Below, piece after piece: positions 47,622 through 56,172 of a stretch of 58,646 nt of DNA. The stretch's first letter is position 1. Each line of letters opens with the position of its first letter. Made by a program: the position numbers and the translations under genes. The notes under the pieces were generated by a model that searched no databases, was not told the origin of the DNA, and saw nothing but the letters and a program-made list of their open reading frames with translations. The stretch is from an uncultured Gammaproteobacteria bacterium (lineage in GTDB: Bacteria > Pseudomonadota > Gammaproteobacteria > CAYTUN01): the NCBI GenBank assembly GCA_964441315.1, contig CAYTUN010000002.1, positions 1 to 58,646 of the forward strand, read 5' to 3'.

Positions 47622-47896
47622 CACTCCTCATCCGCCCCGTTGGGGCACCTTCTCCCACAAGGGGAGAAGGCCAACTTCGGCTACATCTGCCAATCAAATA
47701 AACTTCAATGCGATGAAATAAGCCTTGTTATGAAAAACTAATCAATAACCCCGCAGCAGAGCTGCGGGGTATGAAATGAATTTTTTATTTCTATCGAAGC
47801 AGCGCTTCGAGGAATTAAACCTTCAAAGATTAAATCATGATGAAGGCCTTCTCCCCTTGTGGGAGAAGGTGCCCCGTAGGGGCGGATGAGGGGTGA
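47622..47896. repeat. Family-1 MITE-like element, complete copy
   Basis: Arms cactcctcatccgccccgttggggcaccttctcccacaaggggagaaggcc / ggccttctccccttgtgggagaaggtgccccgtaggggcggatgaggggtga. The core has two extra hairpins (ccccgcagcagagctgcgggg and tcgaagcagcgcttcga). Confidence 0.9.
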
Positions 47897-47940
47897 TCAA
47901 AAATTTAAAAAAATTTTATGAATTTTTTTACATTAACAAT

Positions 47941-48981
47941 TTAACGAGCCACACGCAAAACAGCTGCTGTAATTTTCTCCACCGCATCCCCCATCACCAG
48001 TTTTTTTAATTTTTGCGACATCGCTGCCAGCTTTTGCGGATTTACTAATAACGTTTGAATCATGTCAGTCAATTTCTGCTGATCAATTTCATTTTGACGA
48101 ATAATAAAAGCTGCATCTTGATCAGCTAAATATTTGGCATTATAAAATTGATGATCATCGACTGCGTGCGGAAGAGGAATAAAAATCGCTGGGCGGCCGC
48201 TTGCTGCGATTTCGCTGACGGTTAGTGCACCGGAACGCGCAATGACTAAATCAGCCCAAGCATAAGCTTGCTGCATTTCACGCTCAAACCCGGAAATTTT
48301 AGCAGTTAACTTTAATTGATGATAAAACTCAGTGGTTTGCTCTTGGTGTTTGCTACCAGCAATATGCCAAATATTTAATTGCTCTTTATCAAACTGCGTT
48401 AAAATTTCTGGAACTTTTTCATTAAAAATTTTTGCGCCTTGGCTACCGCCGACAATTAAAATTTTTAATGGCAAATTAATTTTCGCTAATGCAGCAATCG
48501 ATCGAATATCAGCACGTACTGGATTACCTGTCGTTATCGCCTGTTTAAAACTATTCGGAAATGCCTGGCAGGTTTGATCAGCAATTTTCGCCAACAAACG
48601 ATTGGTCAAACCCGGAATCGAATTTTGTTCATGAATTACCAAAGGAATACGATTGCGCTTTGCTGCTAAACCACCGGGCAAACAAACATAACCGCCAAAA
48701 CCTACGACTACTTCGGGTTTAATTTTTTTAATAATTTTTTCCGCTTGAAAATAAGCTTTCAGCATATGCTGAGTTGCACTCAGCATCTTTAGGGGGGATT
48801 TTCCTCTGACACCGCTGGCTGCAATCACGTGTAGCGGATAATTTTTAACTAATTGTTGTTCGAGTCCCTGCGGTGTGCCTAGCCAATGCAGTTCATGAGA
48901 TTCATTCGTTAATCGATCAGCAATCGTTAGCGCCGGAATAATATGGCCGCCAGTACCGGCGGCCATGATTAGAATTTTCAA
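47941..48981 (-). CDS. murG: Undecaprenyldiphospho-muramoylpentapeptide beta-N-acetylglucosaminyltransferase
   Basis: MAAGTGGHIIPAL, GGSQGA and ARSGALTVSE. Confidence 0.95.
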   Translation of the reverse strand: MKILIMAAGTGGHIIPALTIADRLTNESHELHWLGTPQGLEQQLVKNYPLHVIAASGVRGKSPLKMLSATQHMLKAYFQAEKIIKKIKPEVVVGFGGYVCLPGGLAAKRNRIPLVIHEQNSIPGLTNRLLAKIADQTCQAFPNSFKQAITTGNPVRADIRSIAALAKINLPLKILIVGGSQGAKIFNEKVPEILTQFDKEQLNIWHIAGSKHQEQTTEFYHQLKLTAKISGFEREMQQAYAWADLVIARSGALTVSEIAASGRPAIFIPLPHAVDDHQFYNAKYLADQDAAFIIRQNEIDQQKLTDMIQTLLVNPQKLAAMSQKLKKLVMGDAVEKITAAVLRVAR

Positions 48982-50111
48982 TATTTTACTCCCTGATTCG
49001 ATTCACGCCAATTTTCATACGACAGGCGCAAAAATATTCCTAACATGACGCAATTCACTAAAATACTGGTGCCGCCATAACTCAATAATGGCAAGGTCAA
49101 TCCTTTTGTCGGCAACAAGCCGCAATTCACTGCCATATTAATGAATGCCTGAAATCCCATAATTAATCCCAGGCCCCAGCCTAAATAAGCATGAAATAAT
49201 TCGTTGACTTGATAATCACGATACGCAATTAAAAATACTCGCGTAATTAATCCGGCAAATAATAAAATGACAAACATTTCACCCATAAAACCGAGTTCTT
49301 CACCTAGTACCGCAAATAAAAAATCGGTATGGGCTTCTGGCAAATAAAATAATTTTTGGATGCTGTTTCCCAACCCTACACCAAAAAATCCGCCACGGCC
49401 AAAAGCAATTAAAGATTGTGTTAATTGATAACCACTATCAAATTGATTCGCCCAAGGATGCAGAAAAGTGGTGAGCCGCACTAAACGGTAAGGCGCGGTA
49501 ATTGCCAATAAGGTTAAAGCAGAACCCGCCAACACGACAATTATAATTAAAGGAAATAAACGCGCACCGGCTAAAAATAATAATAAAATGCTGGCAACCG
49601 TAATCACCGCCACTGTACCAAAATCTGGCTGCTGCAATAATAATAATGCAATTAATGCTAATACTAAAAACGGCTTGATAAAACCGCTAAATTTTTCGCG
49701 CACTTCATCTTCGCGACGCTCGAGATAACCAGCCAAATAAATAATAAAAAATAATTTCGCTAATTCGGAAACTTGCAAAGTCATAAAACCTAAATTAATC
49801 CAGCGCATACTGCCATTCACTTCACGCCCGACGCCCGGCACTAAAACAAATAATAATAAAGCAATCGTAATCAACACACAGTAACCACTGATGCGATACC
49901 AAAATTTAATCGGCAAAAATAAAACAAATGCCAAAGCCGTTAAACCAAAAGCCAGATAACCGGCCTGGTGAATTAAATAATTAAACGGCGTGTGATACTG
50001 GCTTTCAGAAATCACCATGGAACTGGAGGCGACCATTAATAATCCCATGCCAATTAAAAAAGCGGCGGGAACGACTAAATAACGATCGAGATAAAATAAA
50101 TTCTGTTTCAT
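48978..50111 (-). CDS. ftsW: SEDS-family peptidoglycan glycosyltransferase FtsW
   Basis: 10-TM SEDS profile with QVSELAKL, PDFGT and LPTKGLTLPLLSYGGTS. Lies between murD and murG. Confidence 0.93.
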   Translation of the reverse strand: MKQNLFYLDRYLVVPAAFLIGMGLLMVASSSMVISESQYHTPFNYLIHQAGYLAFGLTALAFVLFLPIKFWYRISGYCVLITIALLLFVLVPGVGREVNGSMRWINLGFMTLQVSELAKLFFIIYLAGYLERREDEVREKFSGFIKPFLVLALIALLLLQQPDFGTVAVITVASILLLFLAGARLFPLIIIVVLAGSALTLLAITAPYRLVRLTTFLHPWANQFDSGYQLTQSLIAFGRGGFFGVGLGNSIQKLFYLPEAHTDFLFAVLGEELGFMGEMFVILLFAGLITRVFLIAYRDYQVNELFHAYLGWGLGLIMGFQAFINMAVNCGLLPTKGLTLPLLSYGGTSILVNCVMLGIFLRLSYENWRESNQGVKY

Positions 50112-51442
50112 GATAAATCTTTTACTAAGTGAACAAATTGCTCGCCACGATCTTCAAAGTTTTTAAACATATCGAAGCTGGCACAGGCTGGCGCCAATAA
50201 TACGGCATCGTCGGCTTTTGCTAAAGATTTTGCCAGCAAAACGCCTGCTTTTAAATTTTCGGCTTCATGGGTTTTAGTCACTTGACTGAAAGCCTTTAAC
50301 ATCATTGGCTTATCTTCTCCCATAATAACGGCAGCTTTGACATAGCTAGCTAGTGTTGGATTCAATTCGCTGAAATCAGCGCCTTTTCCTTGGCCGCCGG
50401 CAATCAAAATGATTTTACCTTTAATACTTTTTCCAATCGATTCGATGGATGCTTTAGCGGCGCCGACGTTAGTCGCTTTAGAGTCATTGATCCACAAAAT
50501 ATTATCTTGAGTCGGAATAATTTGGCAGCGATGCGCAAGGCCAGTAAAATTTTTTAAAGTTGATATCATCGCTTCAAATCTGATTCCATAACAATGCGCT
50601 AATGCAATTGCTGCCAGCGCATTTAATATTTGGTGTTTGCCTAATAATTTTAAATCCGTTGCCGCGATAATTTTTTCTTTTCCATAAGATAAATGGCTGA
50701 CGCCATTTATTACAGTGATGCCGAAATTATTTTCGGTTGGGGCATCAAAGCCGAAGCTGATGATTTTTTTTGCTTGGATATTTTGGGTTAATTCGGGTTG
50801 CTCACGATTTACGACAGCAAATTTTATGTGGCGATAAATTCTTTGTTTTGCTAAAAGATAATTTTCGAGGCTGCCATGGCGGTCGATATGATCGGGTGAT
50901 AAATTTAAAATAGTGGCTGCTAATAAATTGAGTGAGTAAGTTGTTTCTAATTGAAAGCTGGATAATTCTAAAACATATAATTCAATGTCTTCTGATAATA
51001 AATCCAAAGCAGGCGTGCCCAGATTTCCGCCGACTGCGACTTTAATACCGGCATTTTTAGCGATTTCTCCTAGCAAAGTGGTGACTGTACTTTTACCGTT
51101 GGAGCCAGTAATCGCAATCACCGGCGCTTTCGCGGCTTCTGCAAATAATTCAATGTCACCGATAATCGGTATATTTTTGTGTTGCGCAGCAATAATGACA
51201 GGTTCAGTTAATGCAATGCCTGGACTAACAATCAGTCTTTTTGCTTGTTGGCAAAGCGTTATATCAAAACCGCCAGTGATGAGTTTATTATGAGGAAATT
51301 TCTGTTTAAACGCTTGCATGAGTGGCGGCTCTGGCCTTGAATCCATTACCAAAAAATCCTCGCCTCTTTCAGCAAAATAATTTGCGCAAGAAAAACCGGA
51401 TTTGCCTAAACCAAGAATAATATTTTGAGCTGAGGTTGACAT
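50108..51442 (-). CDS. murD: UDP-N-acetylmuramoylalanine--D-glutamate ligase
   Basis: ILGLGKSG, ITGSNGKSTV and NDSKATN. Confidence 0.95.
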   Translation of the reverse strand: MSTSAQNIILGLGKSGFSCANYFAERGEDFLVMDSRPEPPLMQAFKQKFPHNKLITGGFDITLCQQAKRLIVSPGIALTEPVIIAAQHKNIPIIGDIELFAEAAKAPVIAITGSNGKSTVTTLLGEIAKNAGIKVAVGGNLGTPALDLLSEDIELYVLELSSFQLETTYSLNLLAATILNLSPDHIDRHGSLENYLLAKQRIYRHIKFAVVNREQPELTQNIQAKKIISFGFDAPTENNFGITVINGVSHLSYGKEKIIAATDLKLLGKHQILNALAAIALAHCYGIRFEAMISTLKNFTGLAHRCQIIPTQDNILWINDSKATNVGAAKASIESIGKSIKGKIILIAGGQGKGADFSELNPTLASYVKAAVIMGEDKPMMLKAFSQVTKTHEAENLKAGVLLAKSLAKADDAVLLAPACASFDMFKNFEDRGEQFVHLVKDLS

Positions 51443-51529
51443 ACTGCGGCCTTTTTAGCTTTTAAAATTTATCAATCCTCGCCATAATAACACGAACACT
51501 GATTAAATTTGGAAGCTTAGGATTTGCTA

Positions 51530-52264
51530 ATGCGGCGCTTGATCATTACCTGTTTTGCTTGTTTTTTGATGCTCGTCATCAAAAACGCATTTTGCTGGAA
51601 GGAATTAAGTCCCGGCATTGAATATGAAAAATTAAATTTTTCCAGTGATTCAAGCCACGTCCATGCATTTAAAATCGACCCAAAACGTTATCATTTCGAT
51701 TTAGTCGTAAAAAACCGCCTTGATCATTTTCCCACCAAACAATCTTTTTTGCCTGACAATGCTTTGATTGCGGTCAATGGCGGTTTTTTTGCGCCCGATT
51801 TGCAGCCCTTAGGCTTGCGTATTAACAACGGAAAAACTTTAAGCAGTTACAAAGCCATCAGCTGGTGGGGAATATTTTTTATTCAAGATGATGTGCCACA
51901 AATTATTGCATCAAATAATTTTCAGCCGAATAAAAAAATCAATTTTGCCGTACAAAGCGGGCCGCGTTTAATTGTTGATTCGGATGTACTCTCATTAAAA
52001 CCTGGAATTGCTAATCGCAGCGCTTTATGCATTGATAAAGAAAAAAATATTATTATCGCTGTAACGGAATTTTATCCGCTGGCTTTAACGGAATGGGCGC
52101 AAATCTTGATGAATAATTTGGGTTGTCAATTTGCACTTAATTTAGATGGTGGCCGCTCAACGCAGCTCGCGGCAAAGATTGGTGATTTTGCTTTAAATAT
52201 CGGCGGTTTTACGCCGGTTTCTGATGTGATTGCGGTTAGTCAAAAAAGTGCGGGCAACTTTTAG
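51530..52264 (+). CDS. Phosphodiester glycosidase-family protein (DUF2233)
   Basis: Signal peptide, then IAVNGGFF, QSGPRLIV and ALNLDGGRSTQL. Opposite strand, inserted in the dcw cluster. Confidence 0.75.
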   Translation: MRRLIITCFACFLMLVIKNAFCWKELSPGIEYEKLNFSSDSSHVHAFKIDPKRYHFDLVVKNRLDHFPTKQSFLPDNALIAVNGGFFAPDLQPLGLRINNGKTLSSYKAISWWGIFFIQDDVPQIIASNNFQPNKKINFAVQSGPRLIVDSDVLSLKPGIANRSALCIDKEKNIIIAVTEFYPLALTEWAQILMNNLGCQFALNLDGGRSTQLAAKIGDFALNIGGFTPVSDVIAVSQKSAGNF

Positions 52265-52294
52265 CATTAGAAAAGCTATGGTGCTAATTCGCAA

Positions 52295-52399
52295 TCAGGG
52301 GATTGCCGCGCGCTGCGCTTCCTCGCAATGACAAAGAAAAGGCACAATGCCACTCTTTTGTCATTGCGAGGAAGCGCAGCGAACGCGGCAATCCCCTGA
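52295..52399. repeat. Family-2 palindromic element (units facing outward)
   Basis: tcaggggattgccgcgcgctgcgcttcctcgcaatgacaaag ... ttttgtcattgcgaggaagcgcagcgaacgcggcaatcccctga, between the convergent DUF2233 and ahpD genes. Confidence 0.9.
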
Positions 52400-52422
52400 C
52401 CAAAAGTCGGCGCCAAACTTTA

Positions 52423-52950
52423 CTAGTTCTGCCCCACAAACACCGCATTCGCAGCCGCTTTTAAAACCGCAGCAATTCTAATCGCCGATTGCAAAGCGAC
52501 TTTGCTGACTTCAAATTTTTCTAACGTTTTTAAATGCGCATTAATACACATACCACAAGCATTAATTGCCGAAACGGCAAGACAAGCTAATTCAAAATCT
52601 TTTTTCTCGCCTTGATGTTCTTTAATCATATTCATCCGAATTTTAGCCGGCATACTGGCGTAATCTTTATCATCAGCTAAATGAACAAAGCGATAATAAA
52701 CATTATTCATCGCCATCGTCAGCGCTGCAGCTTCAGCACAAGCTTTCATTTCTGCATCGATTTTATCTTCGTTTAAAAGAGCTGTGATTAATTCTTTATT
52801 TTCAGTCGCATAGGCCGAAGCTAATGCAATAATATAAACTTGTTTTAAAGTTAATCCTTCTGAACCTTCTTCCGATAAAATACTACTTAAATTTAATCTG
52901 ACGTCTTTAGCGGTTTCCGGTAATTTTTGCCTCAAATTTTCGATAGTCAT
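52423..52950 (-). CDS. ahpD: Alkylhydroperoxidase AhpD
   Basis: Carboxymuconolactone decarboxylase/AhpD core with CxxC (ACGMCINAH). Downstream of ahpC. Confidence 0.85.
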   Translation of the reverse strand: MTIENLRQKLPETAKDVRLNLSSILSEEGSEGLTLKQVYIIALASAYATENKELITALLNEDKIDAEMKACAEAAALTMAMNNVYYRFVHLADDKDYASMPAKIRMNMIKEHQGEKKDFELACLAVSAINACGMCINAHLKTLEKFEVSKVALQSAIRIAAVLKAAANAVFVGQN

Positions 52951-53010
52951 AATGGTTTCCTTTAATTAAGTTTTAAATAAGCTTTTAATTAGGGAAGAGT
53001 TATTTAACAA

Positions 53011-53346
53011 CACCCCTCATCCGCCCCGTTGGGGCACCTTCTCCCGCAAGGGGAGAAGGACAACTTCTTGTACATCTGCCAAACCAATAAAGTTAAATGC
53101 CATGAAATAAGTTTTGTTGTAAGAAAGCTATTGAACTTTGTTGAGAGCCTTCTCCCCTTGTGGGGGTATTGTTGAATAAATCCGATTTTTTGTAGGGGCA
53201 ACCCCCTGTGGTTGCCCATCGCATCGGTAGCACCGAGACCAAGGCAGGCACAGGGGCCTGCCCCTACGTTTTGTTTTTTTATTTTTTTGAATTATTCAAC
53301 AACGCCCCTTATGGGAGAAGGTGCCCCAACGGGGCGGATGAGGGGT
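53011..53346. repeat. Family-1 MITE-like element whose right arm is interrupted by a second element
   Basis: The left arm is intact. The right arm is split: gccttctccccttgtggg | insert | ccccttatgggagaaggtgccccaacggggcggatgaggggta. Lies in the ahpC-ahpD spacer. Confidence 0.9.
53165..53304. mobile_element. ~140-nt nested MITE-like insertion carrying the family-4 GC-rich palindrome
   Basis: 11-nt terminal inverted repeat ttgttgaataa (53169-79) / ttattcaacaa (53292-302). Flanked by the direct duplication ccccttgtggg (53154-64) / ccccttatggg (53305-15). Confidence 0.75.
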
Positions 53347-53424
53347 AATAAAAATACCGATCATCGATAGCACAACACACCCCAAGATTAGCACAAAACA
53401 CCCAATACCCCTTTGATTGCAGCG

Positions 53425-53964
53425 TCAAGCTGCAATAGTTTGTTCACCTTTTTGCCAATTGCAAGGGCAGAGTTCATCGGTTTGCAACGCATCCAACACG
53501 CGCAATACTTCTTTTGGATTACGGCCAACTGATAAATCCGTCACCATAATAAATCGCACTATATTATCGGGATCGACAATAAAAGTAGCACGTTGAGCAA
53601 CACCTTCGGCTTCATCCAAAATATCGAGTGCTTGTGATAATTCGCGTTTTGTATCTGCTAGCATTGCAAATGGCAAATGACGAATTTCTTCTTTATGGAT
53701 TCGCCAATTTAAATGGACGAATTCAGAATCGGTGCTGAAGCCGTAAACGACTGCATCGCGCTCATTGAATTGCGCATTCATTTTGCCGAATTCTGCAATT
53801 TCTGTCGGACAAACAAAGGTAAAATCTTTAGGCCAGGAGAAAAAGATTTTCCATTTACCTTGATCAGTATTTTGATCAATCTCTTTGAAAGCTTTACCTG
53901 GCGCTATATCTACCACTGCTTTTAAATTAAATTGAGGGAACTTTTGGCCTATTTTGATCATCAT
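53425..53964 (-). CDS. ahpC: Peroxiredoxin AhpC (AhpC/TSA family)
   Basis: Peroxidatic Cys motif FTFVCPTEI and C-terminal Cys pair ELCPCNW. Paired with ahpD and divergent from oxyR. Confidence 0.9.
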   Translation of the reverse strand: MMIKIGQKFPQFNLKAVVDIAPGKAFKEIDQNTDQGKWKIFFSWPKDFTFVCPTEIAEFGKMNAQFNERDAVVYGFSTDSEFVHLNWRIHKEEIRHLPFAMLADTKRELSQALDILDEAEGVAQRATFIVDPDNIVRFIMVTDLSVGRNPKEVLRVLDALQTDELCPCNWQKGEQTIAA

Positions 53965-54023
53965 TTATCTCCGGTAGGTAAAATTGATAGGTGGATAATA
54001 CGCTGCAAAAATTGATAAATCCA

Positions 54024-54060
54024 ATTGATTGTTACTATAATGTTAATAGTTATTATCTAT
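54024..54060. promoter_or_regulatory. Putative OxyR operator in the ahpC/oxyR divergent region
   Basis: ATTG-n7-CTAT-n7-ATAG-n7-CTAT, versus the E. coli OxyR consensus ATAG-n7-CTAT-n7-ATAG-n7-CTAT. Confidence 0.5.
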
Positions 54061-54074
54061 TATTGAGTGATGCC

Positions 54075-54956
54075 ATGAACTTGCGCGATTTTGATTATTT
54101 GATAGCTTTGGCAGAGCAGCAGCATTTTGGCAAAGCGGCAAAACGCTGTCATGTTAGCCAGCCGACTTTAAGTATGCAAATAAAAAAATTAGAGCGTGAA
54201 TTGGGTGTGAGTTTAATTGAGCGCAATCGCAAGCAATTTCGCTTAACGCTGTCGGCAGAAAAAATTATTGAGCATATTAGACAAATTCAACAGCAAATCA
54301 AAAACATTAAAGAAATCGGATTATTAGCGCAAGACAGTCTCGCAGGCAATGTTTATTTAGGAGCAATTCCAACGGTTGCGCCCTATTTATTGCCTAAAAT
54401 TATGCCGAAACTGACACATGCGTTTCCAAAAATTAACTTTTTTTTAATTGAAGCGCAAACCGAGCGCTTATTGGAAATGTTACATTCTGGCAAATGTGAC
54501 TGCGCTATTTTAGCTTTACCAATTAATGATACGCGTCTACAAGTAAAAACACTTTTGAGTGAGGATTTTTTATTGGCTGTGCCAACAACTCATCCATTTG
54601 CAAAAAAAACCACCATTAAACTAGAAGAACTGCGCAAGGAAACGCCGCTATTGTTAGAAGAAGGCCATTGCTTGCGCGAGCAAGCATTAGAAATTTGCCA
54701 ACAAGTGGGCACGCTTGAATATGATTCTTTTAAAGCAACCAGTTTAGAAACTTTACGCCAAATGGTTGCAGCTAATTTGGGTGTTACGCTCGTGCCAGAA
54801 ATGGCAGCATTGCCGACAAAAAATTGTGTTTATTTACCGTTTGCGAAGAAAGCACCGCAAAGAAAAATTGCACTGGTGTGGCGCAATGCGCATTTGCGAG
54901 ATAGATTATTTAATTTGATGGTTTCGTTGTTGGTGAATGAGGATATTCAAAAATAA
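54075..54956 (+). CDS. oxyR: Hydrogen-peroxide-sensing LysR regulator OxyR
   Basis: MNLRDFDYLIALAEQQHFGKAAKRCHVSQPTLSMQIKKLE parallels the E. coli OxyR N-terminus. The redox Cys pair lies in EEGHCLREQALEIC. Confidence 0.88.
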   Translation: MNLRDFDYLIALAEQQHFGKAAKRCHVSQPTLSMQIKKLERELGVSLIERNRKQFRLTLSAEKIIEHIRQIQQQIKNIKEIGLLAQDSLAGNVYLGAIPTVAPYLLPKIMPKLTHAFPKINFFLIEAQTERLLEMLHSGKCDCAILALPINDTRLQVKTLLSEDFLLAVPTTHPFAKKTTIKLEELRKETPLLLEEGHCLREQALEICQQVGTLEYDSFKATSLETLRQMVAANLGVTLVPEMAALPTKNCVYLPFAKKAPQRKIALVWRNAHLRDRLFNLMVSLLVNEDIQK

Positions 54957-54958
54957 TA

Positions 54959-55050
54959 TGTAGGGGGGATTAGCGCAGCGTAATCCACCATCAAGCATTG
55001 CAGTACTGCTAAACTAATTGGTGGATTACGCTGCGCTAATCCCCCCTACA
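54959..55050. repeat. Family-3 REP-like palindrome
   Basis: tgtaggggggattagcgcagcgtaatccacc ... ggtggattacgctgcgctaatcccccctaca, between the convergent oxyR and mraY stops. Confidence 0.9.
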
Positions 55051-55064
55051 TTTATTTGATTTAT

Positions 55065-56153
55065 TTAGCGCAACTTCAATGTCGCCAAACCAATCAACAC
55101 CAAAATAAATGTAATAATCCAAAACCGCACAATCACACGCGGCTCTGGCCAACCTTTTAATTCAAAATGATGATGTATTGGCGCCATGCGAAAAATACGT
55201 TTGCCGGTTAATTTAAATGAAGCAACTTGGAGAATGACCGAAACGGTTTCAATAACAAAAATTCCACCCATAATAAATAAAACTAATTCCTGTTTCACAA
55301 TTACTGCAATCGTTCCTAATATCGCACCTAGACCCAATGCACCAACATCACCCATAAATACTTGCGCCGGATAAGTGTTGTACCACAAAAATCCCAGACC
55401 AGCGCCAACAACCGAAGCGGCAACAATCGCGACTTCACCAGAGCCTGGCACAAAAGGAATCACTAAATATTTCGAGAAAATCGCATTGCCCGTTACATAA
55501 GCAAAAATACCCAGCGCACCTGCAACCATCACTGTTGGCATCACTGCCAAGCCATCCAAACCATCAGTTAAATTAACGGCGTTACTCGTGCCAACAATCA
55601 CAAAATAAGCAAAGATAATAAAAAACACGCCGAGATGAATGGTAAATGATTTAAAAAACGGAATGACTAAATCGGTTGCCAAATATTCTTGCGGCGACAA
55701 AATAAAATACAAAGCGATGGCGATAATAATGCCAAATAAAGATTGCAACGGATATTTATAGCGCGCTTTTAAACCATAATGATTCTTGCGGGTCAATTTT
55801 AAATAATCATCCAGCCAGCCGACAAAACCAAAACTCAACATCGCAAATAACGTCAGCCAAACATAAGGATTAAATAAATCAGCCCATAAAATCGTGCTTA
55901 AAAAAATTGCAACGAGAATTAATGTGCCACCCATCGTCGGCGTGCCTGCTTTGCTGAAATGCGATTGTGGGCCATCTGTGCGAATCACTTGTTTAATTTG
56001 ATCTCGCGATAAACGGCGAATTAACCACGGCCCAATTAACCAGGAAATGATCAATGCCGTCAGCGTTGCTAAAATCGAACGCAGACTCAAATATTGAAAA
56101 ACTCGAAAAAAACTAAAATAATGGAATAAGTATTCCGAAAGCCAAACTAACAT
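55065..56153 (-). CDS. mraY: Phospho-N-acetylmuramoyl-pentapeptide transferase
   Basis: [25 protein letters not shown] matches the E. coli MraY N-terminus. [13 protein letters not shown] and HHHFE motifs present. Confidence 0.96.
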   Translation of the reverse strand: MLVWLSEYLFHYFSFFRVFQYLSLRSILATLTALIISWLIGPWLIRRLSRDQIKQVIRTDGPQSHFSKAGTPTMGGTLILVAIFLSTILWADLFNPYVWLTLFAMLSFGFVGWLDDYLKLTRKNHYGLKARYKYPLQSLFGIIIAIALYFILSPQEYLATDLVIPFFKSFTIHLGVFFIIFAYFVIVGTSNAVNLTDGLDGLAVMPTVMVAGALGIFAYVTGNAIFSKYLVIPFVPGSGEVAIVAASVVGAGLGFLWYNTYPAQVFMGDVGALGLGAILGTIAVIVKQELVLFIMGGIFVIETVSVILQVASFKLTGKRIFRMAPIHHHFELKGWPEPRVIVRFWIITFILVLIGLATLKLR

Positions 56154-56172
56154 TTTCTATCCTTATTTTATT

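Noticed and set aside
53004-53219. 71-aa ORF in the ahpC-ahpD spacer
   Set aside because: It is encoded by MITE arms plus the nested GC-rich palindrome. This is a repeat artefact.
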